This document shows, in pieces, positions 60,619 to 64,000 of a stretch of DNA of 64,000 bases. Position 1 is the first letter of the stretch; each line of letters opens with the position of its first letter. The stretch is from the NCBI GenBank assembly GCA_964016885.1, contig OZ024740.1, positions 420,484,001 to 420,548,000 of the forward strand. Reading direction: 5' to 3'. Source of the stretch: Eledone cirrhosa. Its lineage: Eukaryota. The translations under genes were made by a program, and so were the position numbers. The notes beneath the pieces are model-generated. The model did no database searches. It was not told the origin of the DNA and saw only the letters and a list, made by a program, of their open reading frames with translations.

Positions 60619-60624
60619 AATAAA
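60619..60624 (+). promoter_or_regulatory. Candidate polyadenylation signal AATAAA
   Basis: About 20 nt after the stop codon, followed by a T/GT-rich tract. Confidence 0.45.
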
Positions 60625-61774
60625 ATTATAAATAATTTTCCCTTGTTTATTTTTTATTGAATAATATATGACCTTGCATTTGTAACAACATTCCTACTGT
60701 TTGTTTAGTATGTACTGTAGTTGTGTGTTTGTACTATTGAAAGAGGCAATACAGCTTTGATATGGGATGTTAAGGCTGCATGTCGGCATGTGTGCAGAGG
60801 GTTGGTGGAGGAGTGAAAAGTGGTATTTCCTGCAAAGGAGTGTTGTTAGAGGTGTCATCAAACAGGAGGAAGATTGTTCAAAACAGAACCAAGTTTGGGG
60901 GAATCCTAGAGTTAATAGAGGGCAATTCTACTTGAAATAGGACATAGCAAAGCCATGCTCAACTTCCATCAATGGCATGCTGTCTGATCTCAGAAATAGA
61001 GATGGTTGACACCCTAGAGAAAGAATATGAGGTAGTCACAGGAGCACACATTAACCAGGTCTAGTCAGTGGAGTTACAACTCATTACCTGGAGTGACAGG
61101 TTCATGTTAAAGTGTTTGGCATCTGGTTAAGTTCAGACCTTCAAGAGGATAGGGACTAAGATGATTTTACATACACAGTGATTCAAAATGGGCTGAGACG
61201 AAGCTATCCCTTAAAGCAGTCATGAACAAACTGCAGCCCATTTAGCTTTCTGAATGGCATGCTTAATTTCAAAATTGCCTTGAATTTTTTAGTAATGCGG
61301 CCCGCCTCATGATAAGTCACATCCTATGCAGCCCACTGCTCAAAAAAGGTTGCCCATGCCTGCCTCAAAGATTGGACAGAGGTGGAAAATAGATACATCA
61401 CCTCCATAATATATTACCATCTTATTGTTGTGTTTTGTCTCTGTAGCGAAATCCCGGCTTTATATTTAATCAGAGGTTTTTTTCCAATCATTTGTTGCTA
61501 TATCTATAACACAATATTAAAGATAACATCCATAATCAAAGAACTCCAAATTAAGATTACTGTAAATGACAGTCCCTGACCAGATAAGAGCATTAGCACT
61601 TAATACTTCCCATGGAAGAGTTTCCACCAATTTGAATACCTGTCTAGTGCCAACAAACTCAACATGGAGTTCTGTCATAGATGATATTATGATATGTAGA
61701 TATTTCCTAGTGATGAGCAGATGTCTTATGTCAGGTTCCTTTTTATGCAGCTCATCTCATCCATGAGTCAAACA

Positions 61775-62690
61775 TACAAGGGTCAGCTGAAAAGTTTATA
61801 TGCCTACTATGAAGGAGTGGTGCTGTGGCATTAATTTCCACTCTTAAGTAACACCAAAGTTTTATGTGTGCATGTATAAATATATATTGTTTCTTTCCAG
61901 GTAAACTGATATGTCTGTTGAAAGACTTCAAAAGTAACTAGTAGTGACTTCTCTTGAAAATGGACAAAATTCAACATTGTGGTGTTATCTGCAGAAAAAA
62001 GGGTTTAGCCCCAAATGACATTTATGCTGACATGGTTGCTACATTAAGGGATAACCCTCCAGCTTTATCAACAGTGCAGAAGTGGGCATCTGAATTTGAC
62101 TCAAGGTCTAGACATCATGCAACAGCCACCACCAAAGAAGACATTGTGTTCACCACATGGGGATGGATGACAGGCAACTGACTATAAATCAAATAGCCAA
62201 TACTATTAACATATCCTGCACAATGAACTTGATATGTCAAAGGTTTCTGCTCAGCAGGTGCCACATCTTCAGTTACTTGATCAAATCATAGGAAAATCCA
62301 ACATTGGAAACACCCCTCCTCACCTGCTCCAAAGGCGGCCATGGACTCAGTTTTTGGAGATGCAAAAAGTGTTTATTGACCATCTTTCAAAGGGCCACAC
62401 CATCAACAAAGAGTAATATGCCATCTTGCTGAGGCAGTTATGGAATGGTATCAAGACTGAATGCCCAGAAAAATTGACAAATGGGGCCATTTCATCAGAA
62501 CAATACTCCAACACATAAGACCTTGGCTGCTGTGGCTTTGAACTGGTTGATAACCCTGCTGGGAAACAATATTATAGTGATATATCTGCTGTTGATGACC
62601 AACAGGATGAAAGCTTTTTTACTAATGGGATCCAAACACTGCCACAATAGAAGCGTGTAGACAAGGGGGACTTACATTGAATCAAACCTA
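61775..62690 (+). mobile_element. Degenerate mariner transposon
   Basis: MDKIQHCGVI..KKGLAPNDIYADMVATLRDNPPALSTVQKWASEF (mariner HTH) and MSKVSAQQVPHL (decayed WVPH/RL motif); multiple deletions. Confidence 0.78.
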
Positions 62691-64000
62691 TATTTAACCC
62701 TTTCACAACCATATTTCTAATAATCTACCTTCTATTTCAATTAATTAATGTAAGGTTCTTTTATCAAATTATGCTGGAAAATTTTAATTAAAATTGGAAA
62801 CCTTTAAAATGGGTGATTATATTTCATAGAACCATGGCAAGTTAGGAATCAAAGGTTCCTTAGTTTCTGCCCTCACCTGAGTGTCCTGCATTTCTGATTA
62901 TGTAACTAATAATTTGTGATAAGTGATGCAGACTTCACCTATTCATAACCACCTGTCTATCCTGCTTTCTGATGAGCTACCATTTCAAATATATCACTAC
63001 CATGATTTGGCTAGTAACTAAAATACTATGAAACATTTGGATATTCGTAAAATAGATGAAAAAAAACCAAAAACGACAATATTTCCTCAAATTCAATTTA
63101 TTTTAATAAGAATACATTTACTTCTTCTTAGCCACACCAACAGTTCTACCACGACGTCCAGTAGTTTTAGTGTGCTGACCTCTGACACGCAAACTAAAAA
63201 CAGAAAGAAAAACAATTTATAATACGCATTGTGGTATTTCAACAACAAATACATGTGTGTGCATAAGAATAACAGCATTGAAATAAAGCAAGCATGCCCT
63301 GGTAGATGTGTAATGCTAGTATGTATGAGGAATCAGATATAATGTGCAAGAAATAAGACTATGCTGATACAGACATGTAATATGTATGCGAGCTGTATAA
63401 AGTGCAAAGTAGACAAGGATATTTTCTGTTATACACTTAGATCTACCTCTGTGCTGCAAACAGCAAGACATGACTTACATCCCATTCTCTTCACTGCTTC
63501 ATCTTAACCCCTGCTTTTATTACCACACACAAAAACACATTTACCTTAGAACACAGCAATCTCCATGTGTTGAGACCACTATTCTGCAAAGGTGGCTGGT
63601 GTTAGGAAGTGTACCCAGCCATAGAAACCACCCTAAAAATGGTCAAGAGGACTTCAATCAGGTCATGGACATGAAAACCCCTTTAGTGCCGATGCCAGAA
63701 TAAAGTTCACCCAGTACAAACAAAATGGTTGGCTTTAGGAAAGGTATCCAACCAAACCTGAAATGTAAGATGTGGCTCCTGGGAGGAGTTATTCTGATTT
63801 AGTCTGTGTAAATCTAATCCGTGACAGCATGCAAGAATGAACTCGTATCCATCAATGTCTTTTTTTAAATCTGATTCTCAAATCACTGCAGATCCACAAC
63901 GCACCAGCATAAGAAACAACATCTTACACCCAAGACAAGTACCACTATACGTAACTAATTTACTTAAAACTGCTACACAAATAAAAATGAAAATTGCCAA

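Overview
AT-rich animal genomic DNA, most likely an octopod cephalopod. This is inferred from the SINE/RTE repeat families as I recall them, not from a database search. The window holds the last 17 coding exons of a + strand Mediator subunit 24 gene (MED24/TRAP100) at 18280-60599. The exons total 2284 nt and encode about 760 aa plus stop. All introns are GT-AG with consistent phases. The N-terminal exons lie upstream, so the >16.5-kb 39-bp satellite at 1-16525 appears to be intronic. That satellite has higher-order duplications and stop-free frames on both strands. The introns are packed with RTE LINEs (two long copies in opposite orientation, both with a PHD finger inserted after the RT core), CR1 and CRE fragments, tRNA-derived SINEs, Helitrons, Tc2/Tigger/piggyBac-type MITEs and many minisatellites. 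A mariner relic lies downstream of the stop codon. The most notable signals are: a Penelope-type minimal hammerhead ribozyme with two foldback relatives; the giant intronic satellite whose unit carries branchpoint plus AG|GT motifs; PHD-bearing RTEs; a minisatellite recording CpG decay on both strands; and a 57-nt intronic hairpin.
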